50,865 nt of DNA, from assembly GCA_023128965.1 (NCBI GenBank), contig JAGMCY010000160.1:1-50865 (forward strand), in the 5' to 3' direction. Numbering within the stretch: the stretch's first letter is position 1; every line of letters begins with the position of its first letter. The notes below the pieces were generated by a model, which saw nothing but the letters and a program-made list of their open reading frames with translations, was not told the origin of the DNA and did not search any database. The position numbers were made by a program, and so were the translations under genes. Source of the stretch: Candidatus Aenigmatarchaeota archaeon. GTDB lineage: Archaea > Aenigmatarchaeota > Aenigmatarchaeia > QMZP01 > QMZT01. Shown piece by piece: positions 11,406 to 19,959 of this stretch.

Positions 11406-11496
11406 AAGCGCAGTCTTTTTAAATATTTGTTTCTATTAGTATATCCAAACAGTTAACTGTTAATGTATTTAAATAAAGACTGTCAATTGGATTATT

Positions 11497-11865
11497 ATGA
11501 AAAACGAGAAGACCGGAAAGGCGGGGAAGGCGAAGGAAAAGGATATAGGTCTGGGTTTAACTCAGCCTAAGGAAGCATGCGAAGATCCGAAATGCGCCTG
11601 GCATGGTAAGCTCGCTGTTCGCGGAAGGGTTTTCAGGGGGAATGTGAAATCCGCGAAGGCGCACAACACGGTTATTGTGGAGTGGGGGTATCACAGGCTC
11701 ATTAGGAAATACCAAAGGTATGAAAGAAGGAAATCGTACGTGACGGTACACAACCCCCCATGCATGAAGGCGAATGAGGGGGATTCGGTTGTTATCGCCG
11801 AGTGCAGGCCGTTATCAAAAACTAAAAATTTCGTTATCGTGAATGTTGAAAGGGGGAGAAAATGA
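11497..11865 (+). CDS. rps17: Ribosomal protein uS17
   Basis: CEDPKCAWHGKLAVRGRVFRG archaeal S17 N-terminus. Confidence 0.85.
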   Translation: MKNEKTGKAGKAKEKDIGLGLTQPKEACEDPKCAWHGKLAVRGRVFRGNVKSAKAHNTVIVEWGYHRLIRKYQRYERRKSYVTVHNPPCMKANEGDSVVIAECRPLSKTKNFVIVNVERGRK

Positions 11866-12260
11866 AGGCTGTATCTTCGAAAATCTCGTATGGTCTTTCC
11901 ACGAAGTCCCTGATAAAATGCGTGGATAACTCTGGGGCGAAGACACTGGAGATAATAGCTGTGAGGGGATACAAAGGGAAAAGAAGGACGAAACCAAAGG
12001 CGGGTGTGGCAAGCATGGTTTTCTGCAGGGTGTACAGCGGGACTGAGAAGGTTCGCCATCAAATATTTCGAGCGGTGGTCGTCAGGCAGAAAAAAGAATT
12101 CAGGAGGCCGGATGGGATGCGTGTTCAATTCGAGGATAACGCAGCGGTGATAATTGATGAAAAGAACGATCCAAAAGGCTCGCAGATAAAGGGCCCAATA
12201 GCGAAGGAAGTGGTTGAAAGATTCCCTACAGTTGGTAAAATCGCGACAATAGTGGTGTGA
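11862..12260 (+). CDS. rpl14: Ribosomal protein uL14
   Basis: CVDNSGAK motif. Confidence 0.9.
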   Translation: MKAVSSKISYGLSTKSLIKCVDNSGAKTLEIIAVRGYKGKRRTKPKAGVASMVFCRVYSGTEKVRHQIFRAVVVRQKKEFRRPDGMRVQFEDNAAVIIDEKNDPKGSQIKGPIAKEVVERFPTVGKIATIVV

Positions 12261-12261
12261 T

Positions 12262-12678
12262 ATGAAGGAATGGTCAAACAAATGGGTTTCGAGCAGGCAA
12301 CCAAGAAAACAGAGGAAATACAGGTACAACGCCCCCCTACACGTGAGGCAGAAGTTTGTCTCGGCCCACCTTTCAGAGGTTTTGAGGGGAAGGTTTGGTA
12401 AACGCTCGCTCCCCTTGAGAAAGGGGGATGAGGTTAAGGTTATGAGGGGCTCGGATAAAGGGTTTAAAGGCAAAATAGAAAGAATAGACCTTAAAGAGGG
12501 AAAAGTTTACATTGAGGGATTAAACGTTAAAAAGGTTGATGGATCGGAAGTTTTGAAGCCGAAAGACCCCTCGAACTTGCTCATAACCGAGTCTAAAATG
12601 GAGGATAAGAGAAGGCAGATGATCGTTGAGAGATCAAGGGAAAAGGAAGAGGAGAAAGCAAAGAAAAAAGGTGAATGA
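12262..12678 (+). CDS. rpl24: Ribosomal protein uL24
   Basis: KOW motif KGDEVKVMRGSDKG. Confidence 0.85.
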   Translation: MKEWSNKWVSSRQPRKQRKYRYNAPLHVRQKFVSAHLSEVLRGRFGKRSLPLRKGDEVKVMRGSDKGFKGKIERIDLKEGKVYIEGLNVKKVDGSEVLKPKDPSNLLITESKMEDKRRQMIVERSREKEEEKAKKKGE

Positions 12679-12679
12679 C

Positions 12680-13357
12680 ATGCATTTGAAGAGATATTCC
12701 ATCCCTAAATACTGGAAATTGAGGAAGAAGGAAGAGGAGTTCGTTGTTTCTCCAAGGCCGGGACCGCACAAAAAATCCGAATGCATTCCTTTGCTCGTAA
12801 TACTCAGGGATGTACTGAAAATATTCGAAAACGCTAAAGAAGCGAAAAGCACGATTAAGAAGGGGGATATTCTGGTTGACAAGAAGGTGAGGAAAGACCC
12901 GAATTACCCAGTCGGGCTGATGGATGTTATGGAAATTCCGAAGGTTAAAAAATATTACAGGGTTTCCGTGGATAAACACGGTCTCTTCCTTGAGGAGATG
13001 GGTCCTTCGCAAGCGGACAAAAAGCTCTGTAGGATACAGGACAAGAAAACGATAAAGGGAGGCGTAAATCAGCTTAACCTCCATGACGGGAGAAACATCC
13101 TGACCGAGAAGAACGTTCACAAGCCAAACGATTCGCTTCTTATTGAAATACCAACACAGAAGATTTTGAAGCACTTCAAGTTCGATAAGAATTCGCCTGC
13201 CATCGTAATTTCCGGAAAGAACATCGGGGTGAGAGGGAAGGTGAAGGAGATTTTCAATCGAAAAACAATGCTCGAGAGCAATCGTGTCGTTCTGCAAACG
13301 AAGGAAGGGGAGATAGAAACAGTCAAGGAATACGTACTGGTTGGTGAGGTTAAATGA
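12680..13357 (+). CDS. rps4e: Ribosomal protein eS4
   Basis: MHLKRYSIPKYWKL...; start moved to the ATG at 12680. Confidence 0.9.
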   Translation: MHLKRYSIPKYWKLRKKEEEFVVSPRPGPHKKSECIPLLVILRDVLKIFENAKEAKSTIKKGDILVDKKVRKDPNYPVGLMDVMEIPKVKKYYRVSVDKHGLFLEEMGPSQADKKLCRIQDKKTIKGGVNQLNLHDGRNILTEKNVHKPNDSLLIEIPTQKILKHFKFDKNSPAIVISGKNIGVRGKVKEIFNRKTMLESNRVVLQTKEGEIETVKEYVLVGEVK

Positions 13358-13869
13358 ATCCCATGAGAGAGATAAAACTGGAGAAGGTCACGATCAACAT
13401 AGGGGCTGGCGAGGCCGGACCGAAACTTGAGATGGCAAAGAAGCTCCTTGAAAAGCTTTCGGAAGGGAAGGTCGTGGTTACAAAAACCCATAAGCGGACG
13501 ACCTTCGGCGTTGCGAAGAAAAAGCCCATAGGCGTGAAGATAACGATGAGGGGGGAAAGAGCGAAAGAGTTCCTCAGGAACGTGCTAAAAGCTAATGAAA
13601 ACCGTATAAGTCCTGAACAGTTCGACAACAACGGGAACTTCTCGATAGGCGTGAAAGAGTACATAAACCTCCCAGGGATAAAGTATGATCCTGAGATAGG
13701 GATAATAGGTATGGATGTTTGCGTTACGTTGGAAAGACCCGGATTCAGGGTCAAGAAAAGGAGGATACGTCCGAAAAAAGTAGGGAATAAACACAGGATA
13801 ACAAATGAAGAAGCTAAAGAATGGGTGAAAAACGAATTTGATGCTGAGATTTCAAAAGAGGAGGAGTGA
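13354..13869 (+). CDS. rpl5: Ribosomal protein uL5
   Basis: NPMREIKLEKVTINIG motif. Confidence 0.9.
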   Translation: MNPMREIKLEKVTINIGAGEAGPKLEMAKKLLEKLSEGKVVVTKTHKRTTFGVAKKKPIGVKITMRGERAKEFLRNVLKANENRISPEQFDNNGNFSIGVKEYINLPGIKYDPEIGIIGMDVCVTLERPGFRVKKRRIRPKKVGNKHRITNEEAKEWVKNEFDAEISKEEE

Positions 13870-13887
13870 AAGCGAAAAGGTGTTGAT

Positions 13888-14109
13888 ATGACTTTTGAAA
13901 ACGCGAAAAAGCAGATAGAGAACAAACCCGTGAAACTCGCGAGGTTCATGAAGTTCAACAAGCCAAAGGACAGGAAGTTCGGAAGGAATGTGAAGCCCTG
14001 CAGGAGATGCGGAAAGACGGAAGGGGTTATACACAAATACGGCCTATGTTATTGCAGGCAGTGTTTCAGGGAAAAGGCGAGAGAACTGGGTTTTGAAAAA
14101 TTTGAGTGA
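13888..14109 (+). CDS. rps14: Ribosomal protein uS14 (zinc type)
   Basis: CRRCG...CRQCFRE zinc knuckle. Confidence 0.8.
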   Translation: MTFENAKKQIENKPVKLARFMKFNKPKDRKFGRNVKPCRRCGKTEGVIHKYGLCYCRQCFREKARELGFEKFE

Positions 14110-14119
14110 GGTTTCGACT

Positions 14120-14506
14120 ATGAAGCACGATTTGCTCGCTGACATGTTTTCCGTGATAAAAAACGCGGAGAGAATCGGGAAGGGGGAATGCATGGTCCCG
14201 AGTTCGAAAATAATAAAGGAAATCCTCAAACTCATACAGAAAAACAAGTACATAGGCTCGTTCGAATTCATTGATGACGGGAAGAGCGGAAATTTTCGAG
14301 TAGAACTGCTTGGAAGGATAAATGATTGTGGCGTCATAAGACCGAGATTCTATCTGAAAAAGGACGAGTTCATATCATGGGAAAAGAGATTCCTTCCGTC
14401 CGTTAACATCGGACTATTGTTCGTGACCACTTCGAAAGGCATAATCGATCACAGGCATGCCAAAAGGGAAGGGGCGGGCGGCGCTCTGCTGGGTTATATT
14501 TATTAG
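14120..14506 (+). CDS. rps8: Ribosomal protein uS8
   Basis: MKHDLLADMFSVIKNAERIGK. Confidence 0.9.
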   Translation: MKHDLLADMFSVIKNAERIGKGECMVPSSKIIKEILKLIQKNKYIGSFEFIDDGKSGNFRVELLGRINDCGVIRPRFYLKKDEFISWEKRFLPSVNIGLLFVTTSKGIIDHRHAKREGAGGALLGYIY

Positions 14507-14514
14507 TGGTTTGA

Positions 14515-14778
14515 ATGTCAATAGAGAAGGAAATCAAAGAGGCGATGGAGGAGAAGAAGTTGATAATTGGCAGCAAAAGCGTGATAAAAAACATTAAACG
14601 TAACGATGTCAAATACGTTATATGCTCCACCAACTGCAAGGAAGACGTGATAAACGATTTAAACTACTACAATAAAAACTTTGGTGTTGAGATCAAAAAA
14701 TTCAAGGGGAACTCAAGACAGCTGGGAGAGATATGCAGGAAGCCGTTCAACGTGATGCTGCTAGGGATAAAAAAATGA
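14515..14778 (+). CDS. rpl30e: Ribosomal protein eL30
   Basis: LIIGSKSVIKNIK...YVICSTNC...LGEICRKPF, the L30e/L7Ae fold pattern. It precedes NusA as in the archaeal rpo-L30e-NusA-S12-S7 cluster. Confidence 0.75.
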   Translation: MSIEKEIKEAMEEKKLIIGSKSVIKNIKRNDVKYVICSTNCKEDVINDLNYYNKNFGVEIKKFKGNSRQLGEICRKPFNVMLLGIKK

Positions 14779-14788
14779 GCTGATAAAG

Positions 14789-15193
14789 ATGGGAATAAAG
14801 CTAACAACCGAACACGTCCGCATAGTTGGAATATTCGAGAGGCTTATAGAAGTGCATGTCAGGGATTGTATTATAAATGACGACACGGTTTACTTCCTCA
14901 TAGAACCCGGAAAAATTGGAATGGCGATAGGGAAGAACGGGAGGAACATAAAAAATGTGTGCAGGACATTGGGGAAGAAAGTGAAAATATTCGAGTACGC
15001 TGATACGCCAGAAAAACTCGTCCGCAATTTGATACCGAATATAAACTCCATTGAAATCAACAGCGGTGTGATAACGGTTTCAATCCCCGTCTCCGACAAG
15101 TCGACTGTGATAGGGAAGAACGGGAGGAACATAAAGATGATAAGGCAGTTCCTTAAAAGACATTTCAACATAGACAATTTAAGGCTTAAGTGA
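14789..15193 (+). CDS. nusA: Archaeal NusA-like termination factor (two KH domains)
   Basis: Two GKNGRNIK KH signatures; 134 aa. Confidence 0.8.
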   Translation: MGIKLTTEHVRIVGIFERLIEVHVRDCIINDDTVYFLIEPGKIGMAIGKNGRNIKNVCRTLGKKVKIFEYADTPEKLVRNLIPNINSIEINSGVITVSIPVSDKSTVIGKNGRNIKMIRQFLKRHFNIDNLRLK

Positions 15194-15214
15194 TAAAATA
15201 ACGAGTGGATAAAT

Positions 15215-15643
15215 ATGCCTGGAGCGTTCGCTGCTAGGAATTTGAAGAAGAAAAGGGGGAAGTTCAGGTGGAGCTCTGACCAGAAAAAGAGGAAGATGCT
15301 CAAACTCTGGGAGAAGACCCCCATTAGAGGAGCACCCATAGCGAAAGCGCTCGTCTTGAAGAAGAAAGGCGTTGAGCAAAAGCAGCCTCACTCCGGGATA
15401 ATAAAGGTCGTTCGCTGCCAGCTTATAAAAAACGGCATACAGGTAACGGCTTTCGTCCCGAAGACAGGAACGATAAAACATATAGACGAGCACGATGAGG
15501 TTCTGATCGTAGGGCTGGGAGGTTCACAGGGCGGGGCGGTCGGGTCCATGCACGGTATTAAATACAAGGTTATCGCGGTGAACGGGATTCCCTTGTCTGA
15601 AATTCTGAAGGGCAAGAAAGAGAAGGTGAAGGAAGGCGGATAG
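15215..15643 (+). CDS. rps12: Ribosomal protein uS12
   Basis: Archaeal S12 sequence; position before S7. Confidence 0.9.
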   Translation: MPGAFAARNLKKKRGKFRWSSDQKKRKMLKLWEKTPIRGAPIAKALVLKKKGVEQKQPHSGIIKVVRCQLIKNGIQVTAFVPKTGTIKHIDEHDEVLIVGLGGSQGGAVGSMHGIKYKVIAVNGIPLSEILKGKKEKVKEGG

Positions 15644-15644
15644 G

Positions 15645-16241
15645 ATGAGTGTTCTCCTTTTCAAGAGATGGGATTTTTCGGAAGTTGATGTAAAAGACCC
15701 CGGCCTGAAAAAATACATAAATTTACAGCCGATTATTCTTCCAAAGACAACCGGGAAGTACGGAACCGTTTCTATTCACAAAGCAAAGATGAACGTGGTT
15801 GAAAGGTTCATAAACAAACTCTTCGTTCCCGGCCATAAAGGAAAGAAACACAAGCTGACATCGGGACACATCGTTGGGAATTACCAGGGGCTCTTCAAGG
15901 CCGTCAAAGAATCATTTGATATAATCGAAAAGAGAATGAAGAATAATCCGGTACAGGTTCTTGTAAACGCGATAGAGAACGGAGCACTGTACGAGGAAGT
16001 GATGGGATACAGGCTTGGAGGGATAATAGCTAGGAAATCGGTGGTTGTCTCCCCGCAGAGGAGGCTGGACCTTTCCCTTCGCTTGATCACCCAGGACATA
16101 TTCTCGAAAAGTTTCAAGAGCAGGAAAACCCTCGCCCAGGTGATCGCAGACGATCTCATCGAGATTGCCGGCAACGACCAGAGGAACAACGTAATCCGCG
16201 AAAGGAACAGGATAGAAAGAGAGGCGGAAGGCGCGAGGTAA
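15645..16241 (+). CDS. rps7: Ribosomal protein uS7
   Basis: Archaeal S7 sequence with C-terminal RIEREAEGAR. Confidence 0.9.
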   Translation: MSVLLFKRWDFSEVDVKDPGLKKYINLQPIILPKTTGKYGTVSIHKAKMNVVERFINKLFVPGHKGKKHKLTSGHIVGNYQGLFKAVKESFDIIEKRMKNNPVQVLVNAIENGALYEEVMGYRLGGIIARKSVVVSPQRRLDLSLRLITQDIFSKSFKSRKTLAQVIADDLIEIAGNDQRNNVIRERNRIEREAEGAR

Positions 16242-16337
16242 GGAAAGCGAGCGATAATTTTGATAGAATTTTTCTAGCTCAATAACATTTATATAGATTT
16301 ATGAACAAATTAAAGGAATTATAATTAGAGGTGTGAG

Positions 16338-18518
16338 ATGGCAGAAAAGGATGTGTCTTCCGTTATCAAGGAATTGATGAGGAAGCCTGAGCAGATTCGT
16401 AACATCGGGATTGTGGCGCACATAGATCACGGTAAAACCACGCTGACCGACAACCTTCTTGCAGGAGCTGGGATGATATCCGAGGAGCTCGCTGGAAAGC
16501 AGCTCGCGATGGATTTCGTGGAGCAGGAGCAGGAGAGGGGTATAACGATATATTCCGCGAACGTCAGCATGGTTCATGAGTGGGGAGGAAAGGACTACCT
16601 GATTAATCTCATCGATACGCCCGGACACGTGGATTTCGGCGGGGATGTGACGCGCGCGATGAGAGCGGTGGATGGGGTTCTTGTCCTGATAGATGCAGTT
16701 GAGGCGGTTATGCCGCAGACTGAAACCGTTATCAGGCAAGCCTTGAAGGAAAGGGTGAAGCCTATTCTGTTCATAAACAAGGTTGACAGGCTGATAAAGG
16801 AATTGAAGCTCACCCCCGAACAGATGCAGGAGAGATTCAAGAAGATAATAACCGAGGTCAACGTGCTCATGCAGAAATACGGGGAGAAGGAACTCGCTGA
16901 CAAATGGATGGTTAACGTTAATGACGGGAGCGTTGCGTTCGGGTCTGCTGTGAGGAACTGGGCGATATCCGTTCCGTACATGCAGAAGATAAACATAACG
17001 TTCAAGGACATAATAAATCTAACGAACAAAGGACCCGAAGGGGAGAAGGAACTCGCTAAGCGTTCGCCTCTCCACATTATAGTTCTGGATATGGTTATTA
17101 AACATCTCGAAAATCCTTTGGTGGCGCAGAAATACCGTATACAGAAGATATGGCCGGGGGAAAGCGATTCGGACATCGCGAAGGACATGGCGGATTGCAA
17201 TCCCGATGGGAAGCTCGCAGCGATAGTTACGAAACTCTATCCCGATCCACATGCAGGTTACGTCGCGACAGTCCGTATTTTTTCAGGAAAGATGAAAACA
17301 GGACAGGAAGTCTACCTTGTTAGCATGAACAAAATGCAGAAGATACAGCAGGTTTCCGTGTATAAAGGTCAGCAGAGGATAGGGATGGACGAGGTGGATG
17401 CAGGGAACATCGTGGGGATTGTCGGTCTCAGGGAATCGTTCTCTGGTGAAACGATCTGCGACCCGGATTACGTAATCCCTGGCTTCGAATCCATCACGCA
17501 CATATTCGAGCCTGTTGTTGTTAAGGCGATAGAGCCGAAGAAACCACAGCAACTTGCGAAACTCATCGAATTCCTGAGAAGAGTCGCCAAAGAGGATCCG
17601 ACCCTCAGGGTTAAGATAAACGAGGAGACAGGAGAGTATTTGGTTTCAGGCCTCGGAGAACTGCACATAGACGCGAAAATAGAGAGGCCTTTGAAGGACG
17701 AAGGTTTCGATGTGGATGTCTCGCCTCCAATCGTGATTTACAGGGAATCAGTAAGGGGGATCACGCCAAAAGCGATCGAGGGAAAATCCCCGAACAAGCA
17801 CAACAGATTCTACATCATAACCGAACCTCTGGAAGGGAAGGTTCATCAGGCCATGATAAGGGGGGAAGTCCCGTCCAACATAGAAGTCAAGAAAAAGGAC
17901 GTTGAGTTGCAGAACAAACTGGTTGACCTCGGATTCGACAGGGATGAATCGAAAAAGGTAAAACTCATACACAATCGTAACGTGTTTCTCGACATGACAA
18001 GGGGTGTCCACGCGATACTCGAGGTTATGGAGATGCTGAAGCAGTCTTTCACGGAAGCGATGGATGAAGGTCCGATTGCAAGGGAACCCTGCGATGCGAT
18101 AAAGGTCAAACTGGTTGATGCGAAGCTTCACGAAGACGCGATACACAGGGGTCCTGCCCAGGTAATCCCCGCTGTACGTTCAGCCGTAAGGGATGCGATG
18201 GTCTCGGGCAAGGCCTACATTCTCGAGCCTAAGCAGACCATAAGGATTGATGTCCCGACAGACAAGCTGAGCGGGGCGATGAAAGAGGTTCAGAACAGGA
18301 GGGGTCAAATCCTGGAAATGGGGGAGGAAAGGGGAACCACGAGTGTCACAGCGAAGCTTCCCGTTGCCGAGATGTTCGGTTTCAACTCGTCCCTGAAATC
18401 CTCAACCGGGGGTCAGGGCTTTTACTGGCTGATAGACGTGGTTTACGAACCCCTGCCAAGGGATCTCTCGCAGAAGGTAATAAGCCAGATAAAACAGAGA
18501 AAGGGAATAACTGAGTGA
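16338..18518 (+). CDS. fusA: Elongation factor 2 (aEF-2)
   Basis: AHIDHGKTTL and DTPGHVDF GTPase motifs. HEDAIHRG diphthamide-site loop. GAGGTG Shine-Dalgarno sequence upstream. Confidence 0.95.
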   Translation: MAEKDVSSVIKELMRKPEQIRNIGIVAHIDHGKTTLTDNLLAGAGMISEELAGKQLAMDFVEQEQERGITIYSANVSMVHEWGGKDYLINLIDTPGHVDFGGDVTRAMRAVDGVLVLIDAVEAVMPQTETVIRQALKERVKPILFINKVDRLIKELKLTPEQMQERFKKIITEVNVLMQKYGEKELADKWMVNVNDGSVAFGSAVRNWAISVPYMQKINITFKDIINLTNKGPEGEKELAKRSPLHIIVLDMVIKHLENPLVAQKYRIQKIWPGESDSDIAKDMADCNPDGKLAAIVTKLYPDPHAGYVATVRIFSGKMKTGQEVYLVSMNKMQKIQQVSVYKGQQRIGMDEVDAGNIVGIVGLRESFSGETICDPDYVIPGFESITHIFEPVVVKAIEPKKPQQLAKLIEFLRRVAKEDPTLRVKINEETGEYLVSGLGELHIDAKIERPLKDEGFDVDVSPPIVIYRESVRGITPKAIEGKSPNKHNRFYIITEPLEGKVHQAMIRGEVPSNIEVKKKDVELQNKLVDLGFDRDESKKVKLIHNRNVFLDMTRGVHAILEVMEMLKQSFTEAMDEGPIAREPCDAIKVKLVDAKLHEDAIHRGPAQVIPAVRSAVRDAMVSGKAYILEPKQTIRIDVPTDKLSGAMKEVQNRRGQILEMGEERGTTSVTAKLPVAEMFGFNSSLKSSTGGQGFYWLIDVVYEPLPRDLSQKVISQIKQRKGITE

Positions 18519-18574
18519 ATTCTTTCTAGTTTTAACTTTTTAATATAATCTCCCAAATAAGTTTGTATCAGTAT

Positions 18575-18605
18575 TTGACGTTCGCTTTCGAACGTCTTTC
18601 GAAAC
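18575..18605 (+). repeat. TGACG-palindrome-CGTC hairpin element (GACGTTCG-CTTT-CGAACGTC followed by TTTCGAAAC)
   Basis: 8-bp perfect stem read directly; it shares head and tail with the other family members listed in findings. Confidence 0.6.
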
Positions 18606-18610
18606 TAGCG

Positions 18611-18652
18611 ATTGACGACTTGGATTTAATTATCAAGTCGTCGCTCGAAAAT
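18611..18652 (+). promoter_or_regulatory. tRNA-Pro promoter cassette: TATA-like TTTAATTAT (18625-18633) inside the inverted repeat GACGACTTG/CAAGTCGTC
   Basis: The TATA box is centred about 24-26 nt upstream of tRNA position +1. The cassette is near-identical to the one upstream of tRNA-Lys. Confidence 0.6.
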
Positions 18653-18849
18653 GGGGCCGTGGTGTAGCTTGGTTTAGCCTTTCATTTGAAAGAAATGGCG
18701 CCATAAGCATTCATGCTTCGGGCCACTCTTCGTGAACACGAAGCGTGCGAAACGGCATGCGACCTGAGTTCAAATGACCCTTTTACTCAAAAGCGTCAAC
18801 GGAAAACCAGCAGCTGACGCTTGCGGTCATGAAACTCTCAGCGGCCCCA
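18653..18849 (+). tRNA. tRNA-Pro (anticodon CGG) with three introns
   Basis: Manual cloverleaf: acceptor GGGGCCG/CGGCCCC+A, D stem GTGT/GCAT, anticodon stem CATGC/GCATG with loop TTCGGG, T stem CTGAG/CTCAG with loop TTCAAAT. Removing about 30, 31 and 61 nt leaves 75 nt. Confidence 0.75.
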
Positions 18850-18891
18850 TTCACCGATTTGATTTATATTTGGAAGGCCGAAATAATTATT

Positions 18892-19728
18892 ATGTTCGAA
18901 TTCGTTCTCCTTGCAATCGGCCTTGTTGGATTTGGTCTTGCGGGATATTGGGACCTCAGATACACGGAATTCCCTGACTGGCTTCCATACTCAATGATAA
19001 TCCTCGCCCTGGTTGTAAAGGGGGTGTTCTCCTACATTGAAAATAACTGGTGGGTCCTCGGGAATTCTGTATTTATCGGTGTGGTCTTTCTTTCTTTGGG
19101 TTTGCTGCTGTATTTCTCGAAGCAGTGGGGCGATGGTGATGCCTGGTTGTTAGGAACATTAGGATTTCTGTTCCCCAGCCGGCTGGATTTGGGAGCGATA
19201 ACTTTCTTCCCCTTCCCCCTAACGCTTCTTTTCAATTTCCTGTTTGTTTCCCTTGTCTATCTTATCATATATTCGATCGCATTGGGGATAAAAAACAGGG
19301 GCGTGAATAAGAAATATCTCGAATACCTGAGGAAAGAGAAGTATAAGTTCATGGGGTTTGGCGTTTTTTTCTTCGCTGTTTCATGGGGTTTCGCATTAGT
19401 TATGTATTTCTGGTTTTCCTTTGGAATCGATAATGTAATGCAAATGATCATGCTCCCGTTCCTTCTCACGTTCATACTCTTCTTCTCTTATTACGCGAAA
19501 ATGGTAGAGAAAAACCTTTTCAAGAAGAGGATGAAGACTTCTCAACTGAAAGAGGGCGACGTTATTCTCGATGGTAGGTGGAGAGGTCTCACCAAAAACG
19601 AGATAAAGGAGATGAAGAGAAAAAACAAATACGTGTGGGTAAAGGAGGGTGTTAGATTCGCTCCCGTGTTCGTTATCACAATGTTAATAAGCATTTTTTA
19701 TGGAGATTTGATATTAATACTCATTTAA
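18892..19728 (+). CDS. Archaeal prepilin/preflagellin peptidase (A24 family)
   Basis: Catalytic Asp contexts YWDLRYTEFPD and WGDGDAWLLG in a polytopic membrane protein. Start moved to ATG 18892 because the longer ORF overlaps the tRNA. Confidence 0.65.
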   Translation: MFEFVLLAIGLVGFGLAGYWDLRYTEFPDWLPYSMIILALVVKGVFSYIENNWWVLGNSVFIGVVFLSLGLLLYFSKQWGDGDAWLLGTLGFLFPSRLDLGAITFFPFPLTLLFNFLFVSLVYLIIYSIALGIKNRGVNKKYLEYLRKEKYKFMGFGVFFFAVSWGFALVMYFWFSFGIDNVMQMIMLPFLLTFILFFSYYAKMVEKNLFKKRMKTSQLKEGDVILDGRWRGLTKNEIKEMKRKNKYVWVKEGVRFAPVFVITMLISIFYGDLILILI

Positions 19729-19763
19729 AATCATTATTTTAGAAAATAAACAGATTTAAAGTC

Positions 19764-19819
19764 TTTTGGAACAATAAAAATATGTTTTAATGTTTTTTGG
19801 AACAATAAAAAATGTTTTA
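19764..19819 (+). repeat. Tandem 25/26-bp direct repeat TTTTGGAACAATAAAAA(T)ATGTTTTA, two copies with starts 31 bp apart
   Basis: Read directly; one 1-nt indel between copies. Sits about 140-195 bp upstream of the S-layer-like gene. Confidence 0.7.
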
Positions 19820-19959
19820 TAATTTTTTTTAGGTATACACGTGACTGTTTCACATAAATTATATATACCCCCACCGGCATAACTATTCATCAAGCATCAA
19901 GTCCTTACCGCCGAAAAAATCAGGGCTTGACATATATAAATATAAATGGGAGGTAAAAT

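Noticed and set aside
10378-14036. Long minus-strand ORFs (10378-11055, 11691-12473, 12593-13297, 13350-14036) antisense to the ribosomal protein operon
   Set aside because: They overlap strongly conserved ribosomal-protein genes on the plus strand. Their translations are low-complexity S/F/L/P-rich strings with no motifs. They are typical shadow ORFs of K/E/R-rich genes.
18774-18891. The N-terminal extension of the peptidase ORF (start 18829) and the ORF 18774-18977
   Set aside because: Both overlap the 3' exon and T-loop intron of tRNA-Pro. A good ATG at 18892 gives a normal A24 peptidase N-terminus.
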